Source of the DNA: a virus | IMG/VR virus record: IMGVR_UViG_3300006028_000011 | Coordinates: 18,239 to 82,238 of that record | DNA: 64,000 bases | Strand: one strand, 5' to 3' | Part shown: positions 1 through 8,371 of the stretch, piece after piece | Layout: the number at the start of each line of letters is the position of its first letter | How positions within the stretch are numbered: position 1 is the first letter of the stretch | Program-made: the position numbers and the translations under genes | The notes under the pieces: model-generated | Told to the model about the DNA's origin: nothing | Databases searched by the model: none | The model's input: the letters and a program-made list of their open reading frames with translations, nothing else

Positions 1-2
1 AC

Positions 3-89
3 AAGTCCGACGCCATGGTGGCCGAGTACGTCGAGGAGGGTCAGCGCTTCGGGCGCCACGCCCAGGACTTCATCGACACCGGCGACTGA
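3..89 (+). CDS. C-terminal end of a tyrosine recombinase (Cre/XerD-like), partial at window edge
   Basis: Frame reads (H)KSDAMVAEYVEEGQRF...stop, resembling the GH-x-S-x-x-M-x-x-x-Y box II motif with the catalytic Tyr. The His codon is cut by the window edge. Confidence 0.55.
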   Translation, partial: KSDAMVAEYVEEGQRFGRHAQDFIDTGD

Positions 90-135
90 AGGGGTCCGAA
101 CGCCCTTCCGGGCACGGGTCGACGTGCCCACGAGT

Positions 136-852
136 TTAGCCCGGTTGCGTCCGATCTTGGGAGCGCACCTCGGCAGACCAGCGCCGGAGCGCCGACCGGG
201 CCCGGCTGATGCGGCTCTCCACCGTCTCGATCGAGATCGGCATCCCGCGCCGGCTGCGATGGCCGCCGGGCCGCCGGTCGACCATGTCGCGGACCTCGAA
301 CAGGCACCGCATGCCGCCGCGGTGCTCCCGGTCCGGCCGCCGGCAGTCGCCGCTGCAGGGCTCCAGGCTGTACCTGAACGCCTCGGCCTCCACCTGCGGC
401 AGCCCGGCACGACCGGTCACCCACTCGCCCGAGCGCTCGGTCCAGCCGAGCACCAGGTCCTCGACGTCGGCGCCCAGCAGCTCGCGGCGCAGGTCCTGGT
501 CGACGTCCGCCGGCACCGGCGACGAGGACAGGCCGACGCGGCCCTCGGCGCGATCGAGGATTCTCAACCAGCGCGTCTCGAACTGGGCCAGGCCGGCGCC
601 GTGGTGCGTCTCGCCGCAGGACAGCGCGGCGTCCACCCAGGCCAGCAGCACGGCGAGCTCGTCGATCAGCACCCGCAGCCCCTCCCCACGTTCCCAGCGG
701 CCCCGCGACTGCCGGTCCGAGATGATGTCGCCGGCGTCGCGGCCCGGCATCGGGCGGGGCTTCTCGCCACCGGGCAGGAAGCCGGCGGCCCGCAGCCGCC
801 AATCGCGGATCCGCGCCGCCTCGGAGTCTGCATCGTGGGTCGTGGCGATCAC
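136..852 (-). CDS. Hypothetical protein with C-terminal sigma70 region-4-like HTH (possible late activator)
   Basis: C-terminal ISIETVESRISRARSALRR; last gene of the early/replication operon. Confidence 0.45.
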   Translation of the reverse strand: MIATTHDADSEAARIRDWRLRAAGFLPGGEKPRPMPGRDAGDIISDRQSRGRWERGEGLRVLIDELAVLLAWVDAALSCGETHHGAGLAQFETRWLRILDRAEGRVGLSSSPVPADVDQDLRRELLGADVEDLVLGWTERSGEWVTGRAGLPQVEAEAFRYSLEPCSGDCRRPDREHRGGMRCLFEVRDMVDRRPGGHRSRRGMPISIETVESRISRARSALRRWSAEVRSQDRTQPG

Positions 853-1601
853 CTCGAGGCGGGCTCTGGCGGGACGTCGCGGAGCAGGGCGGCCACCTGC
901 GGGACCTGGTCGGCCATCACGCCATGCCCCATGACCTCACCGAGCGGGGTCAGGTACAGGGCGCGCCGCACCTCGGCCCGGAGCGCCTCCATCTCGCCGA
1001 GTAGGCGTCCGACGTCGGCCTGGAGCTCCAGGTTGCCCTGCTGGCACAGCCGGAACGCGGCCTTCACCTCGGCCACGCCGTTCACTGAATCGACCGCCAG
1101 ACGGGCGTCCTCGGTGGTGAACATGACGCCGATCAGCTCGCCGTTGGCGCCGTAGATCGGCCGCTGGCGCGGGCCTGGCTCGTCGGTCCGGTGGCGGCCG
1201 GTGCGCCAGGGTGCGTCGGCGGTCTCGACTGCGTCGCGGCGCGCTGCCAGCTCCGCGTTCTGGTTCCGGATCGTCGCCCACGCCGCCTCGACATGGCGCA
1301 CGATCGCGGCCTGCTCCGCCTCGGTCCACAGATCGTGACGCTGGATCTCGGCCCACTGCTCCGCCGTCAGCAGCGGGCCGACCCACGGGGCGGGGGTCGG
1401 CCCGACCTCGTCCAGTGCGCGGAGCGATCGCATCAGGCAGTCGCACAGTTCCGGCCGCCCCATCGCGTAGCGGCACTCGTATGCGTGGCCCTCCTCCCGG
1501 ACCGCCGCCACGAGGTCCGCCAGACGGTCGGCGTCCGCCATCGCCAGGACCACCGGGCCTTGCGCGGCCCGGTGGCGCAGGGTGTCCTCGTAGCGGGTCA
1601 C
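849..1601 (-). CDS. Hypothetical phage protein
   Basis: 250-aa ORF with GTGA overlaps to both neighbours. Confidence 0.55.
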   Translation of the reverse strand: MTRYEDTLRHRAAQGPVVLAMADADRLADLVAAVREEGHAYECRYAMGRPELCDCLMRSLRALDEVGPTPAPWVGPLLTAEQWAEIQRHDLWTEAEQAAIVRHVEAAWATIRNQNAELAARRDAVETADAPWRTGRHRTDEPGPRQRPIYGANGELIGVMFTTEDARLAVDSVNGVAEVKAAFRLCQQGNLELQADVGRLLGEMEALRAEVRRALYLTPLGEVMGHGVMADQVPQVAALLRDVPPEPASR

Positions 1602-1671
1602 CGCCCCTCCCGAGGCGCCATCAGCTCCGTCGCCTCCACGTCGAAGACCATGATCGGGCTGTCTGCGAGCT

Positions 1672-1938
1672 TCATCGCTCCTCCTCGAGTTCGTTCGCGG
1701 TGCAGCGGCCGCGCACCGTCTCGGCGTAGCGGCGGCCGCGGATCTCGGCCGGCTTCCACATGCACCCGCAGAGCTCGCAGCGGCGCCAGCTCGGCCACTC
1801 GCACGACGTGGTGGCGCCCTCGCAGCCCAGGCAGGCGCAGCGGTGGTCGGCCAGCAGCGCCAGGGCGCGGCCGAGGTTCCAGGGCGCGGGCCGGGCGGGC
1901 GCCGGCTCGCGGTGGCCGAGCTGCTGGGCGACGGTCAT
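1672..1938 (-). CDS. Small Cys-rich (Zn-binding) hypothetical protein
   Basis: CACLGC and CELCGC motifs; ATGA overlaps. Confidence 0.5.
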   Translation of the reverse strand: MTVAQQLGHREPAPARPAPWNLGRALALLADHRCACLGCEGATTSCEWPSWRRCELCGCMWKPAEIRGRRYAETVRGRCTANELEEER

Positions 1939-2372
1939 GCTGCGCCCTCGGCGCGGCCGGGCCAGTCGCACCCGACCACACCCGGCGCCGCCGCGAGCCA
2001 ACCCCGGCGACACCGGCGGCAATGCGCCCAGCCGCCCGGGGAGAGCTGCGGGTCGGTCAGCGGCCCACGGCAGGCAGGACACGCTCCGGCCTGGACGGCC
2101 CGGGCTACGGCAGCGGCCTGGCAGCGGACGCAGATCCACGTCGCCGGCGTGATGATCCGCGCAGGGATGTCTCCGTGCGCAGCCTGCTCCCACCGAACCA
2201 CACGCAGCCAGCCGACCTCGTCGCACAGCGAGCCGAGGCCCGGGCGCTCGAACAGGTGCTGGATGCCCCAACCGGACGTCGGGCCCTCGGGCTGACCGGC
2301 CACGATGTAGTCGCCGAACATGCACTGGCGCTCGGCCGCGGTGGCGATGTAGACGCCGGACGTAGGGCTCAC
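1935..2372 (-). CDS. Zn-finger hypothetical protein
   Basis: CVRC, CPAC and CRRC motifs; GTGA overlap with the replication gene stop. Confidence 0.5.
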   Translation of the reverse strand: MSPTSGVYIATAAERQCMFGDYIVAGQPEGPTSGWGIQHLFERPGLGSLCDEVGWLRVVRWEQAAHGDIPARIITPATWICVRCQAAAVARAVQAGACPACRGPLTDPQLSPGGWAHCRRCRRGWLAAAPGVVGCDWPGRAEGAA

Positions 2373-3328
2373 TGAAGCGTCCTCGGTGCGGTCGCCAGCA
2401 TGTCTCCGAGTCGGGTCAGGCCGTTCACGTGGCTCCGGCCAGACGGCACCGACTGGTCGTCTACGATCGCCGCGTCGAGCTCGCCGAGCATCGCCTCGAA
2501 GAACTTCGCCTGACGGATCGGGTCGCCGCGGGCGGTGGCCTGCCCGGCTCGCCGTCGGCAGGGCTCCAGGAAGGCTCTCTCGCCGAGGCGGGCGAGGTGC
2601 TGATATGCCCACGGCCAGTTCTGGACGCGCTTCTGGTCGGCTGGAGAAAGCATCCCTCCGGCCATCAGCGAGCCCAGTTCGGCGACGAGGCGGTCGCCGA
2701 GTGCCGTTCTCGGATCGGCTTTAGCCTCGGGCGGCGCTCCAGGCGCGGGCATTGAGTCAGGAGGCTTTCGGTCGGAGACCGTCTCGGAGGCGCCGTTAGG
2801 CGCCGGAGGACCGGGAACGGGTCTGGGTTCGGGAACGGGATCGAGATACCCAGCGCGCGGTTGTGCGCGAGGGGTGTCACATCCCGAAACGGGGGGCGTC
2901 ACAGGTGCGTCACTCGTGACGGCTGTAGTGACGACCTGTGACGTCACAGGTGCGTCACGGACGGGGTCTGCTCTGGCCGCATCCTCCCGTTCTCGCGCCC
3001 GCTTTCGGCGCATCCGCTCCTTCGAGGTGGCGGGGTTGTACTCCTCGTGGTCGTGGATCTCGTAGACGCCTGGCTGGAGCTCTTCCCAGCAGCCAGCGTC
3101 GTAGCCGTACTCCGTCGGTACGTGGAGCAACTCGGCGATGGCGGTCTTCGGGTTGCGGATTCGATGCCGAGCACAGAGCTCCGCTACGTCGTCTGCGAGG
3201 AGCCTCCCGCTGGTCTCGTGGCGGCGGGTATACGACACCGCCGTCCAGTACAGGCGGAACGCCTCGTGGGAGAGGCGACGCAGCTTTCGGTTCTCGTCCA
3301 TCTCATCGTCGAGGCGACACCAGGTCAT
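2369..3328 (-). CDS. Phage replication initiator / replisome organizer
   Basis: N-terminal MTWCRLDDEMDENRKLRRLSHEAFRLYW...GxWEE...YEIHDHEEYN...KERMRRKRAR followed by a low-complexity, repeat-containing middle. Confidence 0.7.
   Translation of the reverse strand: MTWCRLDDEMDENRKLRRLSHEAFRLYWTAVSYTRRHETSGRLLADDVAELCARHRIRNPKTAIAELLHVPTEYGYDAGCWEELQPGVYEIHDHEEYNPATSKERMRRKRAREREDAARADPVRDAPVTSQVVTTAVTSDAPVTPPVSGCDTPRAQPRAGYLDPVPEPRPVPGPPAPNGASETVSDRKPPDSMPAPGAPPEAKADPRTALGDRLVAELGSLMAGGMLSPADQKRVQNWPWAYQHLARLGERAFLEPCRRRAGQATARGDPIRQAKFFEAMLGELDAAIVDDQSVPSGRSHVNGLTRLGDMLATAPRTLQ
2897..2958. repeat. Iteron-like repeats, candidate phage replication origin
   Basis: CGTCACAGGTGCGTCAC at 2897-2913 and 2942-2958; 18-bp palindrome ACCTGTGACGTCACAGGT at 2934-2951; further GTGAC/GTCAC units. 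Confidence 0.6.
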
Positions 3329-3783
3329 TGGAGGATCTCGCTGGCTGGCTTGCCGGCAGCGATAGCGGCCCTGCGGAAGCGGAGCCTTCCGATCTCATCC
3401 TTGACGGATCGGACGACGCCCAGGCATCCGCGCAACTGGGCATCGCTCCCGTCCTCTGTGGGCGAGACCATCCGCAGCATGGCCGTCCACGACACCAGCT
3501 CCTCTTCCTCATTCGCGAGAGCCTCGTCCACCGGATCGTCCTCTGACTTCCCGCTGAGGTAGGCGTGGCAGCCCCTACAGACGCCGTTGAGGTCCTCGTG
3601 GCCAATCCGCTCGTACGTCAGGTGATGCGTGGCGGCGAGGCGATGGAGGCGGCACCGTTCGCAGTAGGCATCGGCCGCCCAGGCAGGTATGCCGAGGCCG
3701 GCGCGAAGTCGCACAGCCTCGCGTAGCAGCGCCCACTCCCGTGAGGCCAGGTATCTCTTGTAGTCGAACTCGTTCTCGGCCAA
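3325..3783 (-). CDS. HNH endonuclease-like protein
   Basis: YLASREW..R...CERC...HHLTYERIGHE...VCRGCH. Confidence 0.7.
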   Translation of the reverse strand: MAENEFDYKRYLASREWALLREAVRLRAGLGIPAWAADAYCERCRLHRLAATHHLTYERIGHEDLNGVCRGCHAYLSGKSEDDPVDEALANEEEELVSWTAMLRMVSPTEDGSDAQLRGCLGVVRSVKDEIGRLRFRRAAIAAGKPASEILQ

Positions 3784-3874
3784 TCGATGGCTCTCCGTGT
3801 TCGCCGATGGGGACGTGACGCCCGGCGCCCGGTCGCCGGCTCTGCCGTGTGGCCGCCCGCGGCGGCCCGGGTGG

Positions 3875-5440
3875 TCAGGTGGCGGACTCGTCGAACAGCC
3901 CGACCTGCACGAGGGCGGGCGTGGCGTCTGCGGGGTGCGGGGCCGGCCTGGTCGCCGGGCGCGGGGCTGACCGTGGCTGAGCGCGCCAGTACGTCAGCCG
4001 GGCGAGCGCGGTCCGCACCGACTCCTCGTCCTGCTCGATGCCGATGGCCTGGAAGCCCTCCAGGACGGCCGCGATCAGCGTGGTGCCGCTGCCGGCGAAC
4101 GGGTCGAGGATTACCCCCCCCTGCGGCGTGACGAGGCGACACAGCCACCGCATGAGGGCGAGCGGCTTGACCGTCGGATGGGTGTTGCGCTCGCCCGGCG
4201 GGAGGCCAGCGCTGCGCTCGCGAGGGCTGGCCTTGGCGCAGTAATAGAAGCGGCTGGCGGCACCTGTGTCGTCGTAGAACTTGCGCTGCTGGTCTGTGGG
4301 CTGCCAGCCGTCGTCGTTCATCAGGCCGAGGGCGGTGTGGTTGGTGCCACCTTTGCCAACGATCCGCTCGCCGCTCTGTCGGTCCAGCTCGGCCACCGGA
4401 CAGCCCTCGACGCACTCCCAGGACTCGACGGTTTCGGTGCCGTCGGGGTCGGCGTGGCGAGTCATCACGGGGTTGCTCGCGAAGTCGCCGAGACTGCGCC
4501 GCTCCACACTGGCCATGCCGCGTGACGGCCGGCCCGGCGGCGCGATGCCGCGGACCTTCCGAGCCCCCACCGCCACGCAGCCCTCGGCGTGCGAGAGCAC
4601 CAGGTTGGCCGGCCAGCGACCGATAGAGCAGTCCGTTTCAGCCGCAGCCATCGGCCCGGCCATCGACCCCCGCGTGGCGACCCGGTCGGTGAGCGGCCAG
4701 ACGCCCTTGTCTGCCCCCGTTCCCACCCGGCACCCGCCCACGTTGATCGCGCCCGTCCCGTGCTCCAGGATGTTCGTGGCCACCGAGCCCCGGAAGGGCC
4801 TGCGGAAGACCAGGACGGCCTCCCAGGCGGGCTTGAGGGCGACGTTCCACCCCTGCCACCGACGAGCCTCGTCGGTTGCAGGGGTGGTGATCGGGGTTGG
4901 CGAGAATCGGTCCGCGCGTCCTTCCGCCAGACGCCATCCCATCGATGCAGTCCAGGCGGGCCGCTCTGCGAGTACCTCCCGCTCGGCGCCCGCCATCCGG
5001 TCGATCGCCTTGGACACGTCCAACCCCTTGGGGAAACCCTGTCCGTGCATCCAGCGCAGTGCGGGCGGCCCCTCCGAGGCGATCGTGTCGCGGTTCTCGA
5101 ACCCGGCGAAGCGGATGGCCAGCGAGAGGAGGTCCCACGTCCGGGTGCTGCTGAACGCCAGCAGGTGGGCGCCGGGCTTCATGACCCGGTAGACCTCGCG
5201 CCAGTACTCCGGACCGGGGACGAAGCTGTCCCACGAGCGGCCCATGAATCCTGCGCTGCCGTGCTCGTACTCGTCGCCGGCCAGCCAGTGGCGCACGACC
5301 TCGGCGATGTCCGGCTCACGGCTCAGGCCGTACGGCGGGTCCGTCACCGCCGCGTCCACGCTGGCGTCGGGCAGCTCGCGGAGGCGCTCGCGGCAGTCGC
5401 CGTGGAGGAGGCGGACGGGACCGGAGGTCCAGTCGCTCAT
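3875..5440 (-). CDS. DNA methyltransferase (N6-adenine/N4-cytosine, beta class)
   Basis: GDC..L, VTDPPY, HPTVKP, ILDPFAGSGTT motifs. Confidence 0.9.
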   Translation of the reverse strand: MSDWTSGPVRLLHGDCRERLRELPDASVDAAVTDPPYGLSREPDIAEVVRHWLAGDEYEHGSAGFMGRSWDSFVPGPEYWREVYRVMKPGAHLLAFSSTRTWDLLSLAIRFAGFENRDTIASEGPPALRWMHGQGFPKGLDVSKAIDRMAGAEREVLAERPAWTASMGWRLAEGRADRFSPTPITTPATDEARRWQGWNVALKPAWEAVLVFRRPFRGSVATNILEHGTGAINVGGCRVGTGADKGVWPLTDRVATRGSMAGPMAAAETDCSIGRWPANLVLSHAEGCVAVGARKVRGIAPPGRPSRGMASVERRSLGDFASNPVMTRHADPDGTETVESWECVEGCPVAELDRQSGERIVGKGGTNHTALGLMNDDGWQPTDQQRKFYDDTGAASRFYYCAKASPRERSAGLPPGERNTHPTVKPLALMRWLCRLVTPQGGVILDPFAGSGTTLIAAVLEGFQAIGIEQDEESVRTALARLTYWRAQPRSAPRPATRPAPHPADATPALVQVGLFDESAT

Positions 5441-6315
5441 GCCGCCCTCCCATCGAGGCGGACCCGACACGGCTCGCACGGGCAGGGCGGCGCCGCGGGC
5501 GGCAGGCCCAGCTGGATCAGCCGCCGACGCGGGCCGACGCGGAAGGCGTAGCGGTGGCTGCCGTGGTGGCGGATGCGCCGGACGCCGACGCGCCCGAGCG
5601 CGTCCCGCAGCCAGTCAGGCCGGTCCTCGCCCGGTCGCCGGGCCCGTGCGCCGAGGCCAACCAGGAGCCGTTCGCCGGCGGCCGCCCCGCGCTCCCCCGC
5701 CCGGATCTTCTGCACGGTCCGCGCCGACAGGACGCGACCGTCGGGCAGCAGGAGCTGCGTCCGCGGAGTGCTGCGCTCGTGGTACGTGGCGTTGCCGGCC
5801 TGGTAGATCAGCCCGACGTGGCCGGGGAACACCCGGAGGCCGTCCACCGTGGACCTCGCCACCGGGTCGGAGAAGCTGACGACGCCGCGTAGGCCGGTCG
5901 CCGCGGCCAACTCCCAGACGCGGGCCAGGAACCACGTCTCCGCGTTCGCTGGCACGCTGTCGGCCAGCACGAAGCGCCCGAGCTCCAGCGACTCGCTCAG
6001 CGGCTCCAGGTCGGGGAACAGCGAGGTGAGCACGGCGCTCTGCACCGGCACGGAGAGCACGGCAGTGCCGACCAGCCAGGGCCCGTCGTGGAGGCCGTAG
6101 GCGAAGCGCGCGGCCGGGTACGAGCCGCTGTAGTGGTTGGCCTCGACGAACGGCCGCGCCTCCCGCTCCACCAGCGGCGCGACCTCGTAGCGGGCCTGGT
6201 CGAAGCCGCCCTCGGAGCGGTGGCGCCAGCTGTGCCGGCGGCTCCGCCAGCGCTGGCACCAGGGGGAGTGACCGCTACCCCCCGATGCAGTGGTCCCGGA
6301 GGTCCAGGCGCTCAT
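5437..6315 (-). CDS. Mom-family adenine-modification protein (GNAT fold)
   Basis: FVEANHYSGS, ELGRFVL..VPANAETWF, VVSFSDP, GHVGLIYQAGN. Confidence 0.8.
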   Translation of the reverse strand: MSAWTSGTTASGGSGHSPWCQRWRSRRHSWRHRSEGGFDQARYEVAPLVEREARPFVEANHYSGSYPAARFAYGLHDGPWLVGTAVLSVPVQSAVLTSLFPDLEPLSESLELGRFVLADSVPANAETWFLARVWELAAATGLRGVVSFSDPVARSTVDGLRVFPGHVGLIYQAGNATYHERSTPRTQLLLPDGRVLSARTVQKIRAGERGAAAGERLLVGLGARARRPGEDRPDWLRDALGRVGVRRIRHHGSHRYAFRVGPRRRLIQLGLPPAAPPCPCEPCRVRLDGRAA

Positions 6316-6340
6316 GGCGTGCGCTCCCGGCACGGCGAGC

Positions 6341-6604
6341 TGACACCCATTCCCGACACCCCAGCGCTGGCGGTGGCGGTCAGGAGGTGGCGGTCGCTGG
6401 CGGCATCCCCATATTCACCTGGCGGCAGCCGGCGGGGTCTGTCGCCCCGTGGCGGGAAGATAGACGGATGATGTACATCCATCCCCCGTCCCGCGACCGG
6501 CTGGCCGGGGAGCTCCGCGCCCTGGTCGCTGGAACTCAGGAGCCAGGTCTCGGAGGCTGAGACCAGCGCCTCCTCGACCGCGATGACACCCATTTCTGAC
6601 ACCC
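6341..6604. other. Putative attP: integrase arm-type repeats flanking an inverted-repeat core
   Basis: TGACACCCATTCCCGACACCC (6341-6361) and TGACACCCATTTCTGACACCC (6584-6604) directly downstream of the integrase; GACGGATG-ATGTA-CATCCATC at 6463-6483. Confidence 0.6.
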
Positions 6605-7816
6605 TCACCCTGCCGACTCCTCGCCGCGCCCAGTGGCCGCCTCGTCCTCGCCCCACGCCGCGTCCAGCACGGCCAGCTGCTCGCGCAGGCCGTCGTCCTC
6701 GAGGTGGCCGTAGAGGTCGGCGGTGATCTGGATGCCGGAGTGCGCGAGCACCTCGGAGACGGTCTTGAGAGGGATCTTGAGGGCCAGCATCACGGAGGCC
6801 GCGCTATGGCGCAGGTCGTGGAACCGCCGCTCCCCCAGGCCGGCCCGCTTCAGCAGCCGCTGGAAGTGCGCCGTCACGTACTGGCCGTGGAGCGGGAGGC
6901 CGTTCGGACGGGTGAACACCAACTCGATCGGCCTCCCGTCGCTCTCCATGACGCTCCAGCTCGGCCCGGCCGCCTCTCGTTCTGCCTGCTGGCGTGCGAG
7001 GTGCTCGCGCAGGGCGGCGGCCACGGGCGCCGGCAGGGGCAGCGATCGCGGCGCCTTCTTGGAGCGCGACCGGCGCACCGAGCGCAACTGCCAGGACGTG
7101 TCGATGCGGACCAGCTTCATCGGCCAGCGGATGCGGGTGAAGTCCTCCGCGATGTCCTGGCGCCGGAGGCCGAGCAGCGAGGACTTGCGCTGCCCGAGCA
7201 CGGCCGCGGTCAGGTAGAGCGCGTACAGGCGGTCCCCGCGGATGCCGGCCAGGAACGCGCGGGCCTCGGCCAGGGTCAGGATGTTCTCCGGCGCCGCCTC
7301 CGCCGCAGGCATCTCGATGAGCTCGCTTGAGGCTGGGTTGCGGTGGATCAGGCCCAGCCGGTTGGCGCGGCCGAGCGCCGAGCTGAGCGCGATCCAGATC
7401 GACCGCACCATGTTCACGCTGAACGAGCGCTGCATGGCGTCGAGGAAGCGCTGGATCTCCAGCGGGTCGAGCTGCGACAGGCGGCGGCGGCCGAGCACCG
7501 GCTTGATGTGGAGCCGGACCAGGCTCTCGTAACGCTGGTACGTGAGCGGCTCGCGGCTCGCCTTGACCGTCTCCAGCCATTGGTCGAGCCACTCGTCGAG
7601 CGTGCGCGGCGCCGCCACGCCGGACGCGGTCAGGCGACCCTGCTCCTTCTGGCGCTGGAGCCGGCGCAGCACCTTGGCGGCCCCGGCCTCCGTGTCCGCG
7701 TACTCGTACTTCCGCTGCCGCTTCCCGAGCGGGTCGCGGCCCAGGTCGATGCGGACCTGGAAGCGCCCGTCGCTCCGCCGGGTGATGGAGCCCTCGCCGC
7801 GCGCCCGCCGCCTCAC
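6605..7816 (-). CDS. int: Tyrosine integrase with N-terminal arm-binding domain
   Basis: RARGEGSITRRSDGRF N-terminus; catalytic R (LGQRKS), HDLRH, LAHS...TADLYGH. Confidence 0.92.
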   Translation of the reverse strand: MRRRARGEGSITRRSDGRFQVRIDLGRDPLGKRQRKYEYADTEAGAAKVLRRLQRQKEQGRLTASGVAAPRTLDEWLDQWLETVKASREPLTYQRYESLVRLHIKPVLGRRRLSQLDPLEIQRFLDAMQRSFSVNMVRSIWIALSSALGRANRLGLIHRNPASSELIEMPAAEAAPENILTLAEARAFLAGIRGDRLYALYLTAAVLGQRKSSLLGLRRQDIAEDFTRIRWPMKLVRIDTSWQLRSVRRSRSKKAPRSLPLPAPVAAALREHLARQQAEREAAGPSWSVMESDGRPIELVFTRPNGLPLHGQYVTAHFQRLLKRAGLGERRFHDLRHSAASVMLALKIPLKTVSEVLAHSGIQITADLYGHLEDDGLREQLAVLDAAWGEDEAATGRGEESAG

Positions 7817-8049
7817 TGCGTGCCACCTTCCAGGCGCTGGCGCCACCACTCGTCGAGCAGCGCGACCGGGATGCGGACCATCCGATCTCCGTCCAGGCGG
7901 ACGTGCGGCACGGTGCCGCGCGCGATCCAGCGCTCCATCGTGCGGCGCCCGACGCGGATCCGGGCCGCGGCCTCCTTTATGGTCAGCAGCACCGGCGCCG
8001 CCGACTCCTGCTGCCGCGGGCGGAGGTGAATGACAGGAGCGTTGCTCAT
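7813..8049 (-). CDS. xis: Excisionase (HTH_17 family)
   Basis: LLTIKEAAARIRVGRRTMERWIARGTVPHVRL; coupled to int. Confidence 0.85.
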   Translation of the reverse strand: MSNAPVIHLRPRQQESAAPVLLTIKEAAARIRVGRRTMERWIARGTVPHVRLDGDRMVRIPVALLDEWWRQRLEGGTQ

Positions 8050-8371
8050 CCTTACCCCACCTCGACTGACCGAGGCAAGCCGTCGGCTCTGCCCAACGCC
8101 ACGAAGGCGTTGTGTCTGCGCGGCAAGCTGACCCGGCTCTCGCGACTCCAGCCCTGCGTGTCTGTATAGAGCTGCCAGGCGACGCCTCTGCTCGGCACCG
8201 AGGAGAGCCAGGTGAAGGCCCGGGTCTCCTCGCCGAGGTCCCACAGCGGCATCGCCAGGTGGCAGAGCCGGCAGAGCTGGATCAGGTTGGGGAGGAGGTC
8301 CAGGCCGCATCCCCGATCGCTGGCGGCCGCCTTGGGCGGCATCCCGGGCAGGAGGGGCTGCGCGACCGGCG

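Noticed and set aside
1598-1675. 25-aa ORF resembling a DEDD exonuclease start (VFDVEAT)
   Set aside because: Too short to support; at most a remnant or translational coupler
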